A stretch of DNA of 63,980 nucleotides, the filler included, from Intoshia linei (Eukaryota > Animalia > Orthonectida), in NCBI GenBank assembly GCA_001642005.1. It is 5 parts of 5 records of this genome, joined end to end, with 100 filler letters (N's around TTAATTAATTAA, not from the genome) between each part and the next. Parts side by side here need not be neighbours in the genome. Positions count along the whole stretch, not along the records: positions 1 to 28,845 come from LWCA01000400.1; 4 more parts are not named here. The stretch is one strand, 5' to 3'. How positions within the stretch are numbered: the stretch's first letter is position 1; every line of letters starts with the position of its first letter. This document shows positions 1 to 11,700 of the stretch, one piece after another. Under the pieces are notes generated by a model. That model was not told where the DNA came from. It saw only the letters and a program-made list of their open reading frames with translations, and did no database searches. The position numbers and the translations under genes are program-made.

Positions 1-545
1 AAAAAAAATTAAGAAAAACATGAAAATAAACTTAAATTTAGCTATTTTTTGTTAATTACTTAATTGATCAACGCTGAATCATTAATGAGTATTTTTCAGA
101 ATTAGTCATCGGATTGTTAATTTTTTTTAAATTACATCTAATCTACTGGGTATGTTATTGAATTTCTTCAAAAAAATATTTGATGTGACACCCTAGAGTA
201 CAGCTAATGTACGAGTTTTAGAATACAATTTTGGTATCAAATCAAGTTTTTTACAAAACAATAATTATTTAAAGTTAATTTTTCAATTATCAAATTAAAT
301 GAAATTTGTTTCATTTTAGACCACCAAATCTTGCCTAAATATAATTATAAGCCTAATACAAACAACACGGTATTGGTTACAAACATACCTAAATTGATCG
401 AAATTATTTTATTAATTTTATGTAAATAAGTTTATTTTATTATAAAAAAATAATATTTGGCAACGATACGTGCAAACTATTTACAAATTAATAAATAATC
501 AAACCACTTTAAAAGTTGCAATTTTAAAATCATAATGTTATAAAC

Positions 546-1529
546 ATGATAACGAATCATCCTGTAATTTTAATTCATCTTGGAGCAGGAAGATATTCCA
601 AAAATTCAGAATCTGAATATCAAGATTTATGCAAAGATGTATGTGATTATGGAACAAAATTAATGAAAAACAAAATACAAGCGGCAAACGCGGCTAGCTA
701 TTGTACATCTTTATTAGAAGACAGTATATTGACAAATGCTGGATATGGTTCAAACATTACGACCAACGGGAAAGTACAATGTGATGCTGCGTCAATGGAT
801 TTAAAAACAAATACCTTCGGTGCAATTGGCAGCATTGAAAATGTAGCTAACCCAATATTGTTAGCAGAGAGTTTGAGAAATTACCAACAAAATAAACAAT
901 TAATGTACAGATTTAGACCAATGGTACTGGTCGGAAATGGTGCACTATTATGGGCCAAAGAACACAGAATTCCAACAGTAGAAAATGACGATTTGAAATC
1001 AGTTAAATCTATGAAAAGATTTAAAAAAAGAAATGATACGATTGGTGTAATTTGTCACGATTCATTTGGAAATGTTTCAGTGTGTGCTTCGAGTGGCGGT
1101 ATTCCGTTTAAAAGGTCCGGTCGTTTGGGTCAAGTTACTCATTATGGATCTGGGATATGGATCGCATCAAACGAGTCGAATATAGTTGCTTCAGCTACAA
1201 CTGGATGTGGTGAACAATTAATTTCAACTTTTTTAGCTAAATCTATGGCAGAAGGTATTTGCAATGATCCAGCTGTATCTGCTAAAAGTTTTTTTGACGA
1301 ATTTTTTATCAATGCAAAAATTTTGCAACATGAAGATTGTAAAGTTGGCGGGTACATTGGTTTAACGAAAATTATGGATGATTTTTTTGTTTCTTATTCT
1401 CATACTACTCAAAACATGATTGTTGCTCATAAATTTTCTCAAATGGAAACGAATGTTATTTTTAGCACTTCTTTATCTAATCATGGAAGGGAACAACACG
1501 GCACAAATCTTGTTTGTATAAGTGACTAA
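546..1529 (+). CDS. TASP1: Threonine aspartase 1 (Taspase-1), type 2 asparaginase/Ntn-hydrolase family; intronless, 327 aa
   Basis: Motifs HLGAG, LEDS..TNAGYGSN, CDAASMD, autocleavage site D/TIGV (Thr nucleophile), SSGG, GRLGQ (Taspase-type Q instead of asparaginase GRVGD) and TTGCGEQL. Confidence 0.92.
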   Translation: MITNHPVILIHLGAGRYSKNSESEYQDLCKDVCDYGTKLMKNKIQAANAASYCTSLLEDSILTNAGYGSNITTNGKVQCDAASMDLKTNTFGAIGSIENVANPILLAESLRNYQQNKQLMYRFRPMVLVGNGALLWAKEHRIPTVENDDLKSVKSMKRFKKRNDTIGVICHDSFGNVSVCASSGGIPFKRSGRLGQVTHYGSGIWIASNESNIVASATTGCGEQLISTFLAKSMAEGICNDPAVSAKSFFDEFFINAKILQHEDCKVGGYIGLTKIMDDFFVSYSHTTQNMIVAHKFSQMETNVIFSTSLSNHGREQHGTNLVCISD

Positions 1530-1681
1530 ATGTATATAAGACCTATTAACTTTCAATGTAATGTTTTTTTGTTTAGCAATGTTTAGCAAAGTTTATCTGC
1601 ATAACAAAAAATTAAACACGTGCTATATATTGTTTCACATATAGAGATGATTTTTTGTTTTTTTCTTAAATCTGCAGCTTT

Positions 1682-2300
1682 TCCTTGCTTATATAAAGTA
1701 AAATGGTTAAAAATGTATGTCTATTTATTTGTTTGTTCCAGTTTATTTAAGAAAGTAAGGGGAGTCGACTATTACAAATTCCATATTTCTATAACAGTTT
1801 TTTCAGACTGATGTTCTATCGCAAATTTCAATTTCAGAAATTGGCTCTTCAAGGTTAAAAACCCTAATTATCTTTATTTTCAATTCAGACCCGTCCTAGA
1901 ATTATAAAAAATACTTATTGGAATAAAAAGTTTTAAATTCATCAATGTTAAGATAATTTTCAATTTCAAAATCTTATATCTTTACGGCCAAAACTCCAAA
2001 TTACCCTGATATCTAGAAATTAAGAAAGTCCTAGAATTTTATACAACATAAATTCTGGAATGGTTTTTAAATTAATCAGTATTATCATAAATGATAACCT
2101 CAAAAAAAGTAATTTTTACAGTCAAAAACCCAGATTACGTTTTATTTATAAATGAAAACAGTCCTATAATTTTAAAAAAATCCAGGTATATCCAGTTAAC
2201 ACATAAAAAAAATTTCAATCTGATTAAGTGATGTATTCATGGTGAAAAATGATTTAATATTCATTTTTTTTTATTTCGAAACTATTTTATTAATAATTAT
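1682..2300 (+). mobile_element. Non-autonomous Helitron-family fragment (5' part)
   Basis: Starts TCCTTGCTTATATAAA, like the 5' ends at 51756 and 57234. Bases ~1715-1880 are the reverse complement of ~38130-38290. Right boundary approximate. Confidence 0.55.
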
Positions 2301-2929
2301 TAAAGCACACTAAATTATTTTTTGTTAACATTTGGATAAATTATTTTAAAAACAATTATTTGATCCTCGAAAACTATTAGAAATTGATATTTTTAAAACT
2401 TTATAACATAGAATCTGAAACCTACAGAAAGTAAAGTACAACATATAATTTAATTGATTTTTTCTTTTATTAATAACTACATATTTATATCTTAATTTAG
2501 AGACCACATAAGCATCATTATGATGATTTTCGTCTATTTGTAAAAACTTAATCAATGCAGAAATTTAAGCACTTAACTTAAGCATGTTTTATTGGAAAAT
2601 CAAGATTTGGTTTTTTTTATTATCCAAAACAAATAAAACAGACATAAATTATTCATATAAAAAATATTTAAACAATTTTAAAAATGTCTTATCATTTTAT
2701 CACTTTCAATAAAAATATAAGATATAATGTCAACTTCCATATCATCCATAATTAGGGTTTCTTCAAAATATTCATCATCGGCGCCATCCATATCTATATC
2801 TTATATTTCTGCTGTAATGATAATATCTTTTATTTCTCCGATAGTTTCATTCATATCAATATTTTAAGGTTAGTCAAGTTAAGAGTTAAAAAAGCAGTTT
2901 TTATTCTACCAACTTCAATAATACCATGG

Positions 2930-3250
2930 AAAAATGCATTATCTACCAGTAAGAGAGCATTTTTGGGTAGGGATTTATTAATTAGACACTCTTACCGTTT
3001 GAACAAATTGTGTTCGGAAAAAATTTTCAAAATTTAATCTCGTCATCTAAGCATTTTGACTAATATAATATTTCACTGGTAATAAACATTCTTAAAACAT
3101 TTAGGTTTCTTTAATTTACCTATTATGATCAATTTCAATTTTATGCTTCAGAATTTATTACAACACGGCAAAACCGTGTAACATTACGTTTTAATTTTTT
3201 CTCAGCAGCATTTTTTTTCCATTTTAACGAGGGTTCTGTCGTGACTAAAT
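2930..3250 (-). pseudogene. Degenerate pogo/Tigger (DDE_1) transposase remnant
   Basis: Minus-strand translation across frameshifts gives KLKLIIIGKLKKPKCFKN..LPVKYIISQNA*MT and LPKNALLLVDNA, matching Tigger-type KLxxxVIGKSKKPRCF / NxKAWMT / LLLLDNA motifs. Confidence 0.75.
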
Positions 3251-4578
3251 TTTCATATTTTTATGTATTATAGGCAAAGCTCTTAAATATAGCTATGTTT
3301 CTACAATACAAAGTTAAGTCAAGTTCACATATATACTGTATTTTAGGTTTTAATTCAACCTTACATGTGGGTAATTACTTTGTTAGTAAGAAAAATAATC
3401 TCGCTGATAACTGCTAAATTTGAAAAAAGTTACGAAAATCTATTGTAGAAGGGTAGTAGTGATTATATGGCTCATACTTGGTATTATGAGCTGGTATATA
3501 TTTTTATTGATACCATTTACACAATTATTTATTTACACGGTGTTATAATATTTATATGGATTTACAATTTTTTTTTGATAAGTTGTTAACTGCATCAAAT
3601 ATACATGTACAAATGTTGCATCATATGACCTAACATGTCCAATCCACAATTTTTAACACTTGTGAGAGCCCTATTGCATACTACATGCATATATGTATTA
3701 TTCATTAATTTATATAAATCTGGGTCAAACAACAAAAAATCGACTTGAATTTTATGGGCAAATAAGAGCATATCTACCAACGTATGAAGACAAAAGATTA
3801 GGAGTTAGTTTATTACAGTGTTGTGCACTAAAATACGAGCTATTGTGCAACTATATAAATACTATTTTGCATTTATATAAACACTAGTGTGATTCATATA
3901 TTCATATACGGACCATTTTATCCTAACTTATATAATATGCTACGCGATTTTTGTTTGTGTGTTCCAAATTACCCTTCTTTTTTGAATGAAAACAGCCCTA
4001 GAATTTCACTACTTTCTACTCTTATCTACCGATATGGGAAACTTCACCCTCTTTTTCTTTTCTTATTTTACCCTGGTAGACATTTCTTCCTTTTTTCATC
4101 TTTAACGGAGAGGTATTATCTAGAAAACTACCCTAGAATTCCTACTTTTCATACCGTGATGAATAATCAATATTTCTTCTGTAGTAAACTTCAGATGAAG
4201 CAAAAAACTGTTATCCTCATTGAAAAATGAATAACATATTATATTACACTAGTTTGACTGTTATTGATTGATATATATTGATTTTTATTAATAATAATAT
4301 ATAAATAAATAATAATAAATAATTTATATTAATAATTGTAAAATTATTTAAAAAAAATAAACTTCAAAGTACAAATTTTTTTTCGTCATTGTGTCTAAAT
4401 AACATTATGTATCTGCACTCAAATATACTTTTTGAAATTTAAAAAAAAATGTCAAAAGTGCAGACCCTACTGTATATGTATAATTTGATTTAAAACTACA
4501 GAAATCAAAAATTAAAATAACAATAAAGTTGATTTAAAAAGTTTAAACTAAAGTGGCCAGATTTTTTACGTACTAAAT

Positions 4579-4773
4579 TAGGCTGACCATACTTTTGTCG
4601 TACTAAAAGTAGTACTTTTATTGCTTAGAAACAAAATATGTTTTTGATTAATTTTTCATTAGAAAAATGAACATTTAAGTTAAATTTCAATTTATAAATT
4701 TATTTAGTTTTGAAAAGTACATCGAAAGTACGACTTTGGAACAGTGCCAAAAGTCGTACTTCTGGTCGCACTA
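4579..4773. mobile_element. hAT-type MITE (TAGGGTGACCA-like TIRs)
   Basis: TAGGCTGACCA at the left end, TGGTCGCACTA at the right end, with repeated subterminal AAAGTCGTAC/AGTAC motifs. Confidence 0.55.
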
Positions 4774-4864
4774 AATAAATACGTAGTAGTTACCTAGAAA
4801 CCAAAATATAATTAAATTTAAAATCGCGGTTGAAATTGAATTTAAAATCCATATTTATTTATAC

Positions 4865-4991
4865 TGTAGCGATGTTACCTGTATGAAGGAACTGATATAA
4901 GGTTATACAAGATTGTGTTCGAAGAATTTAATATTAATTATACACTAACTTTATGTTCATCTTATATAACACTATAATGATTATCACTACA
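4865..4991 (-). mobile_element. 3' LTR of a Ty3/Gypsy element, preceded by a polypurine tract
   Basis: On the minus strand GGGGAGG (4998-4992) directly precedes TGTAGTGAT...ATCGCTACA (TG..CA ends, imperfect 9-bp inverted repeat), immediately downstream of an integrase remnant. Confidence 0.7.
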
Positions 4992-4999
4992 CCTCCCCG

Positions 5000-5525
5000 T
5001 TTCAAGATATGTCAGTCCTTTGAAAATTTGGGAGTCTTTTTAGTTCTGTGATTTCTTTGTTTATAAAGTGCATCAAATTTTGAGAGTTTAGGATTGTGAT
5101 GAACATAACAATTAGAATGAAATGAATTAGCCCTTTCAGCACGTTTATCATGATTTCGTTTTATGCGTTTAAGGTATTTGTTTATATCTAATGAGTCTGA
5201 TTTACTCATATGATAATTTGGTTTTTTCGTTAGGAGATAGTCGTATACTTGCCATGATATTATCAATACACAATTCCCAATCGTGCGGTTCATTATAAAG
5301 AATTCTTAAGTTTTCACGAATAATGCGATTGATACGTTCAACTTTCCCGTTTTCTTAATGGCGTTATGCCGTTGAGAATCTTAATTTAATGCTAAAATTC
5401 TCGCATAGTTCGCTTATGATTTTGGATTCAAATTGTTTTCCTCTGTCGGTATTTATTGTTTTTGGAGGGCCATATTTGCAGATTATATTGGAATATATGG
5501 CTTCGGCTACATTATAGATGTTCTC
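5000..5525 (-). pseudogene. Ty3/Gypsy integrase core remnant
   Basis: VAEAIYSNIICKYGPPKTINTDRGKQFES / ELCENFSIKLRFSTA*RH*ENGKVERINR / HDWELCIDNIMASIRLSPNEKT. This is the second D and the E of the DDE motif, with stops and frameshifts. Confidence 0.85.
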
Positions 5526-5999
5526 TATTTATATAGTCATTTTTGCATTTAATATAGTCATATTTGAATTTAATATAGTCATTATGTTTATTATTAATCA
5601 TAGTAATTATGTTAATTAATATTAATTGTATTTATCATTGGAATTATTTTTTTAATTAATTCACTATCATTTATCAAATGTTTGTAAAAATCAAAAAACT
5701 CTCTTTACAATTATATTTAATTCATAATTACAATTATAATTTTTTTTGGCATAATTAAAAAATAATTAATTTGAAGTGATCCAAATTAAACGATATAAAA
5801 TGTGTTTTTAATATAAATTTATTAAAACTTCACTTTAAGAAAGTGAAAAATTACACGTTAAAATTGAAATTTAAATTAAAATTAAAATTGATTAAAATTA
5901 TCTATGGTATTTACGAGTACTTATGGACACACTAATAGAGATGGTATTTTATAGTTTGCTAAGCAATTTCATTAAAGTTGTAATTAATTCTAAAAATTC

Positions 6000-7796
6000 A
6001 TGAATCATGATAAGTTTAATTTTGCAAAACAATTAATAACAATTGTCAAAATGTGTTTATCTGTTAATTTTGAAAAATGTCTAAAAACTGAAATTATGGA
6101 TCTTGAAATTGTACACCGTAGAATAGTTTTTAATGAAGATGAGATGCGTATTTTTAATGATGGAATGATGGACCATGAAGATTTGATCAACCGAATGATA
6201 GTTAATAATATACACATCCCAGATATTGATGAAAATTATGCTGGAAATGACCCGAATCAATTAGTTGAAATAATTTCGTCAAATAGTTTCGATTCTGAAA
6301 TTGAACAAAGTCTACCTTTTCGGATGTATGAAGAATTAAACGACCCGTTTATTATTGCTGACCAAAATATTCCCGTATTAGATAATACTGACGAAAAACC
6401 TAATTCGGAATGCACAACTAGTCATAATGTTCAATATGATCATTTATCAAAAAGTAATTCTGAAAATACTACTATGAGGCATCAGTCTGATAAAGATACT
6501 CATAATTTAGGACACGAAAATAAATCAAATTTAGCTAACAAAAACTTAAAGCCTGGTCGACGTACTACTCACCAAACCCATGAATGTCATCAAGATCATT
6601 TTGATACCAAAACAATACATCAATACCATGAAAATGAACATGTAGCGGGGTGTAGCTCTGATATGAAACTAAGACATGAATATACCAAAAATAAGAATGT
6701 ATCGTGGAGTGATTATAGAAAAATGTATCCTATCCGTCGAAATAGACGAAAAAGTTTAGTTGAAGGTAATCATGAAAAAATCAACTCGGTACACAAATTA
6801 GACCAAAATTGGAATGATTCAAGTTATTATAAAAATGTTTCATCTGAACGTCAAAATTACCAGTGTAGCAATTTAATTGAGAGGAGCCAAAAAAAAATTA
6901 ATCCAGGGCATTACTATAATAAGGATGATAAATTATCATGGAATGATTATAGAAAAAACCACCCAGTACATCGAAATACCAAAAATAACCATACCCCTGA
7001 AACTCAAGTTGAGACTAATAAAAAAATTAAAGAAAATAATAAAACTGGGAAGGTACCATGGAGTCATTATGAAAACGTTAGACCACAAACCCATAACAAA
7101 TATATCAATGAATTTGAAAGCCAAAAAAAAATTTATAAGAGAGATTATTATAATAAGGATAAAAATCTATCTTGGACTAATTACAGGAAAATTCATCGAA
7201 ATACCAAAAAGAATGGTTTAATTGAGAGTAGGCGTGAAAAAATGAACCCACTACACCAATTTGACCGAAATTGGAATGTGTCGAATGGTTCTAAAAACAT
7301 TCTACCTGGCCAGAAATTAGAAAGCAAAGAAAAAATTAATCAGAGACAATATTACAATAAAGATAGTAATCTATCCTGGACAGATTACAGGAAAATTCAT
7401 CCAATACATCGAAATACCAAAAACGACAATTTAGTTGATGATAGTCGTCGAAAAATGACGCCACTACTCCAATTTGACTTAAATTCGAATTTATCGTGGA
7501 ATTTTTATGAAAATGATAAATCACACCAGAAATCGAAATGTAGCCATAAATTTGAAAGTGAACAAGAGGAAATGAGCCATATACATCAATGTAACCATAA
7601 TAATAAAATATCACGTGAGCAGGATAACCAGGATGATATAACTAGTCCAAATTGCAGAAATAAGTGTGCCTCACTGACTAATAAAGAACAATCTATTCCA
7701 TGGACAGAGGATAATGATATACCCGGGAATGATCAAGAAATCTATCCAGAACCTCAATTTAATGAAAACAACAAATCTTCAGAAAATGATGACTAG
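6000..7796 (+). CDS. Hypothetical 598-aa N/K/H-rich protein with internal SWxDYRK repeats
   Basis: Uninterrupted 1.8-kb ORF in very AT-rich DNA with four in-frame repeat units; no family recognised. Confidence 0.75.
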   Translation: MNHDKFNFAKQLITIVKMCLSVNFEKCLKTEIMDLEIVHRRIVFNEDEMRIFNDGMMDHEDLINRMIVNNIHIPDIDENYAGNDPNQLVEIISSNSFDSEIEQSLPFRMYEELNDPFIIADQNIPVLDNTDEKPNSECTTSHNVQYDHLSKSNSENTTMRHQSDKDTHNLGHENKSNLANKNLKPGRRTTHQTHECHQDHFDTKTIHQYHENEHVAGCSSDMKLRHEYTKNKNVSWSDYRKMYPIRRNRRKSLVEGNHEKINSVHKLDQNWNDSSYYKNVSSERQNYQCSNLIERSQKKINPGHYYNKDDKLSWNDYRKNHPVHRNTKNNHTPETQVETNKKIKENNKTGKVPWSHYENVRPQTHNKYINEFESQKKIYKRDYYNKDKNLSWTNYRKIHRNTKKNGLIESRREKMNPLHQFDRNWNVSNGSKNILPGQKLESKEKINQRQYYNKDSNLSWTDYRKIHPIHRNTKNDNLVDDSRRKMTPLLQFDLNSNLSWNFYENDKSHQKSKCSHKFESEQEEMSHIHQCNHNNKISREQDNQDDITSPNCRNKCASLTNKEQSIPWTEDNDIPGNDQEIYPEPQFNENNKSSENDD

Positions 7797-7882
7797 AACA
7801 AAATCCAAGAACAAGGGCCTTATAAAATATTTTAATTGTAAATATCATGTATTTTAACATATTGTTGCATTTTTATAATTAA

Positions 7883-9130
7883 CTAGGTTTACTGTTATGT
7901 ACTACGTACAAACAGCGTCTAGCTCTAACGAGGGCACATTTTTATTCTACCAAAAAATAAATTCACGTTGAAAATCTAACTTAAAAATCATACGATTCAC
8001 TATTATCAATCCTTTAAAGGAGTGGTTCCCAAACCTGTTTTAGGTGGAACCGTCATATCACATTACTTTTTACTTTAAATTATTCAATCTTAATTTTTTT
8101 TGTTAAAGTAAAGAATTTTAAAAATAATTGTTATCTTATTTTTTTTAATTTATTAGACAGAATGTGTATAATATTAGAAATAAAGTAAAAACTGTCCAAC
8201 CCTATAAAATTGTCATAAATAGCATAAATTACAGAAAAAATAAAATTATAAAAACCTATTTTGTCATTTTCAATGTGATAATATATATTCAGTATTAATT
8301 TAATAAATACTTAAGAATGATAATAACAAAGTTGTATTACTTTTAGTAATTCGTTGTAGTTTTAAACAAAATGTTTTGAAAATAAGAATTTAAAAATTGC
8401 GAAGGAATGAATTATATAGATTTTCACCCATATTTTTTTATTGGAAATGTGTAGACGTTCAATGCACATTTTTTTTGAAATTGTAGAATCAATATTTTTA
8501 TTTTAATCGAAATATTTTAAAAATATTGGTTGATAATATATTAAAAATTATTTTTAACCGGGAATGCGTAGATTTCTAGAGTTGAAATTTTGTATTTATA
8601 TCAACTGGAATAAGCTCTATCAGAAAAATCTATTTTTTTAATTTTCGGACTGTTTATTATTTCACATTTTTTGTTTTAATCAAATATTTAAGTAAAAAAA
8701 TATATAAAGACTAAAATGCTTTTTTGCCGTGAAGGCGTCATTTATTCAGATTGAAATTTTTGTGTGTATTAACAGGATACAACTCTATCACCTGTAAATT
8801 TTTTTAAATTGTAGGGCTGTTTTTATTAAAAAAAAAAAAGGAGTAATTTGTGGTTTTGGCCCTGTAGATATATTTTTTTAAGTTTAAATTTATGATTTTA
8901 AAATCCATATCAGAGTACAATGTACTTAGTGTGTATTTTTTAAAATTCTCAAACTCGTTGGTTTTTTAAAGAAAGGACAATTGGGCTATTTGACCCGTAA
9001 GATGTGAGTTTGGGAGGTTGAAATCTATTTTGCTAACACCCCTGAAAACACTGTAATTGAACTGTGGACTGTATAAAATTTTGAGACTGGTAGTTATGGA
9101 AATAAACGGTAACACAAAAAACAAATATTG
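7883..9130 (-). mobile_element. Non-autonomous Helitron, longest copy in the window
   Basis: Minus-strand 3' end: hairpin CTGTTTGTAC-GTA-GTACATAACAG, then CTAG and a flanking T. The body is shared with 15230-15810, 32864-33060, 36103-36690, 37900-38290 and 58734-59242. Confidence 0.8.
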
Positions 9131-9637
9131 GGATCGACGAAATTTTTGTAAAATGGTGTCCTTACTCTTCCAAAATCAGCATTTAAAGAACTATTTTTGA
9201 ATATAACTACATGAGAGTTTTGTATGTCAAATTTAAAGACGTGACTCACGTCAAGAGTCTTAACTCAATACTACTGTAGTCATTAGTGTCGAGGTGGAAA
9301 GTGATATATGACATTGTGAACAATTTATTGGAGTCTATTTTTGAGGGATAGATACGACAGTTTGACTCTGGCTGCATCCATGTCATCAATTCATTTCAAA
9401 GACCACGAATATTATGGAATTATTTAAATAGCGCTTTCTCTTCAGTTTTAGAGATCACATATGAATTGTAAGTTGCAGTCCGCTACTGCTCTGGTGTTTA
9501 TTTTGTTCTACCGTTATTAATTTTTTTCACTATACGTTGTATATAGAGCCGTTTTAAGGCATAGGCAATATGGGCACTAACCCAGGGCCACTCATTAATA
9601 AAGGCCCCCAAATTAATAAAAATACTTTACACTTATA

Positions 9638-10370
9638 CAGACCCGTGCAAAAATTTTAGGCACCTTAGATAAAAGGTTCTGGTTCCTAAATAAAAACGTT
9701 TTTTCATGATTTTTTTGACTATAAAGATTGTAAAAAAACAAGTCATCACATTCCATTATTTTTAATTAATTATTACCTTAACAACATTGTATCAATAATT
9801 TAATAAATATCGTCCATATTCACTGTGCAAAAGTTTTAGGCACTTGCTATTTTAAACCGTTTATTTTTCATTAGTATGCAAATAATTTTATTATAGTTAT
9901 AAGAATATTAGACACTACAAATGCCTTAAATTAGCATAGAAAAAAGGAAATTAATAGTCGATTTTTACAAAAAAGGTTACCCGCAGACAAAAATCACCCG
10001 AAAGCTCTCAATATCGAGATGTGCAGTTCAAGAAATAATAAAAAAACATAAAAATGGTATTCCTCTCAAAAATAGAAAAAGATCAGGACGTCCACATGTT
10101 TTACATGCCAGAGAGAGGAGGTTCTTGATACGTTTGTCCAAAAAAGACCCATTTATGACAGCATCTGATCTAAAATCACAGCTTCTATTGGGAGCAAATA
10201 TCAGTAATGATACCATAAATAACCATAAAACGAAATCTAAGAAGAGGTGGACGTTTTGGAAGAGTTGCAACAAAGTAACCACTTCTAATTTCTACACAAA
10301 AATGGAAAAGATTACAATGGTGTCTAAATCGTATTGACTGGGAATCAATGGACTGGAATTTAGTGATTAT
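9638..10370 (+). mobile_element. Tc1-like element, left end plus 5' part of the transposase (dead)
   Basis: TA|CAGACCCGTGCAAAAATTTTAGGCAC, a second near-copy at 9821, then from ~9920 a stop-riddled transposase N-terminus: KRSGRPHVL..ERRFLIRLSKKDPFMTASDLK...RLQWC...W..VI. Truncated before the catalytic triad. Confidence 0.8.
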
Positions 10371-10599
10371 TTATATTTATTATTTTATTATTTATGATAT
10401 ATATTATTGTTAATAAAATTAAATCAATTCCTGAAATAATACATTACTTTAGTCGTAGTATAATATCATACGTGTCCGTTCACAATATATAATTCTATAA
10501 GTAAATATTTTATTTTAGTAAATTACAAAGAAATTGTACTTAATTATAAAAGAAATATTATATCATCCACTACAAACCCAAGTTAAAACTGAAATATTA

Positions 10600-10690
10600 A
10601 GATACCATATTATACCTACAAACCATATTACAAAAAAAATTAGAAATATTATATGGTGTTCACACCAGAGAATTTTTTTTATGAGAACAA
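10600..10690. repeat. Dispersed repeat shared with ~57700-57780
   Basis: AAACCATATTACAAAAAAA(A)TTAGAAATATTATATGGTGTTCACACC-GAGAAT occurs at both loci. Confidence 0.7.
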
Positions 10691-11414
10691 ATAGAATGTA
10701 ATTATGTCAATAGTAGAGTTTTGTAATATGAGAGATAAATGTGTAGTAAGTAGTGAAAATAACTTAAATAGAATTATATATTATGATTGTTATTATTGAT
10801 GTTTATTTTATTGGATTTGTATTTTCACTTATATAATAAAGTACGTATTACTAAAATAAAGTACAATTTGTTTGTAATTTACTAAAATAAAGTATTTACT
10901 ACCAAAATAACGTTAAATTACCAGATAGCCAAATTAAAATGTAAAGTTGTAAAAATCAAAAAATTGATCACTATAAGAGGATTAAATTTCATACATTTTG
11001 ATCAAAATATACGGGATTCTTAATTTTGATCATTATAAGCGGATGATCACTATATCCGTGATCAATATAAGCGGATTCTACTGTAGTCACTAGTAACGAT
11101 AGAGCAACATTAGGGTAACTATCGTTATCATCACTCAGTCTAGATTGATTAATATTCATGGAATATATTATGTTAAATCATTCTATACATAAAATATAAT
11201 GTTTGGTATATAAGTTTCTAGTAGTAAGCTATTGAAGTTACTGCTAGTACTTAATATCATTATCTCTTTGACGAATGTACTTATAACTTCATTTTTATGA
11301 GTTATACACCCTATTACGTTACTTCAATATTTTAGCGTATACTGCAGCAATTTTAAATATAAATTTAAATTACGATATTAACTTTAAAGTTAATAATCTG
11401 TACAATATACAGTG

Positions 11415-11700
11415 CAGTACTTTCCAACCATTTTTGATTGGCGACACATATTTCAATCTCAAAAAATAAACGATTGATTAATAAATTTAGTTAAACAATT
11501 TTTTTCTAATAATAAACTGAAAATAAGCTATGGAAAATTTATCATTATCACTAAAAATATCTTTGATTTGCATTTTTACGTCTTTTAATTGTATTGTCTG
11601 CTAATGAAATTTAAAAAAAATTAAATAAAATTTTGATGATACACCTGGAAATCATTGGCAACATACAAAAGTGTCACGACACACCGGTTGGAAAGCACTG
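11415..11700. mobile_element. hAT (Charlie/Buster-like) MITE
   Basis: TIRs CAGTACTTTCCAACC ... GGTTGGAAAGCACTG with internal GACAC(A) motifs; no clear TSD. Confidence 0.7.

Noticed and set aside
3595-4230. Short ORFs 3595-3780, 3693-3887 and 3889-4230
   Set aside because: No recognisable motifs; ~3930-4200 is repeat-derived (shares the ACAAAAATCGCGT end with ~15780).
5012-5293. 93-aa ORF as a novel gene
   Set aside because: It is a frameshifted read-out of the Gypsy integrase C-terminus.
6005-7614. Antisense and alternate-frame ORFs within the 598-aa gene; likewise 1142-1357, 26006-26191, 53722-53922, 54693-54905, 62399-63486
   Set aside because: Shadow ORFs of real coding or retroelement sequence.
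9230-9500. Possible hAT transposase trace (RWKVIYDIV); similar traces at ~14830-15160 and ~43370-43500
   Set aside because: Too decayed to call with confidence.
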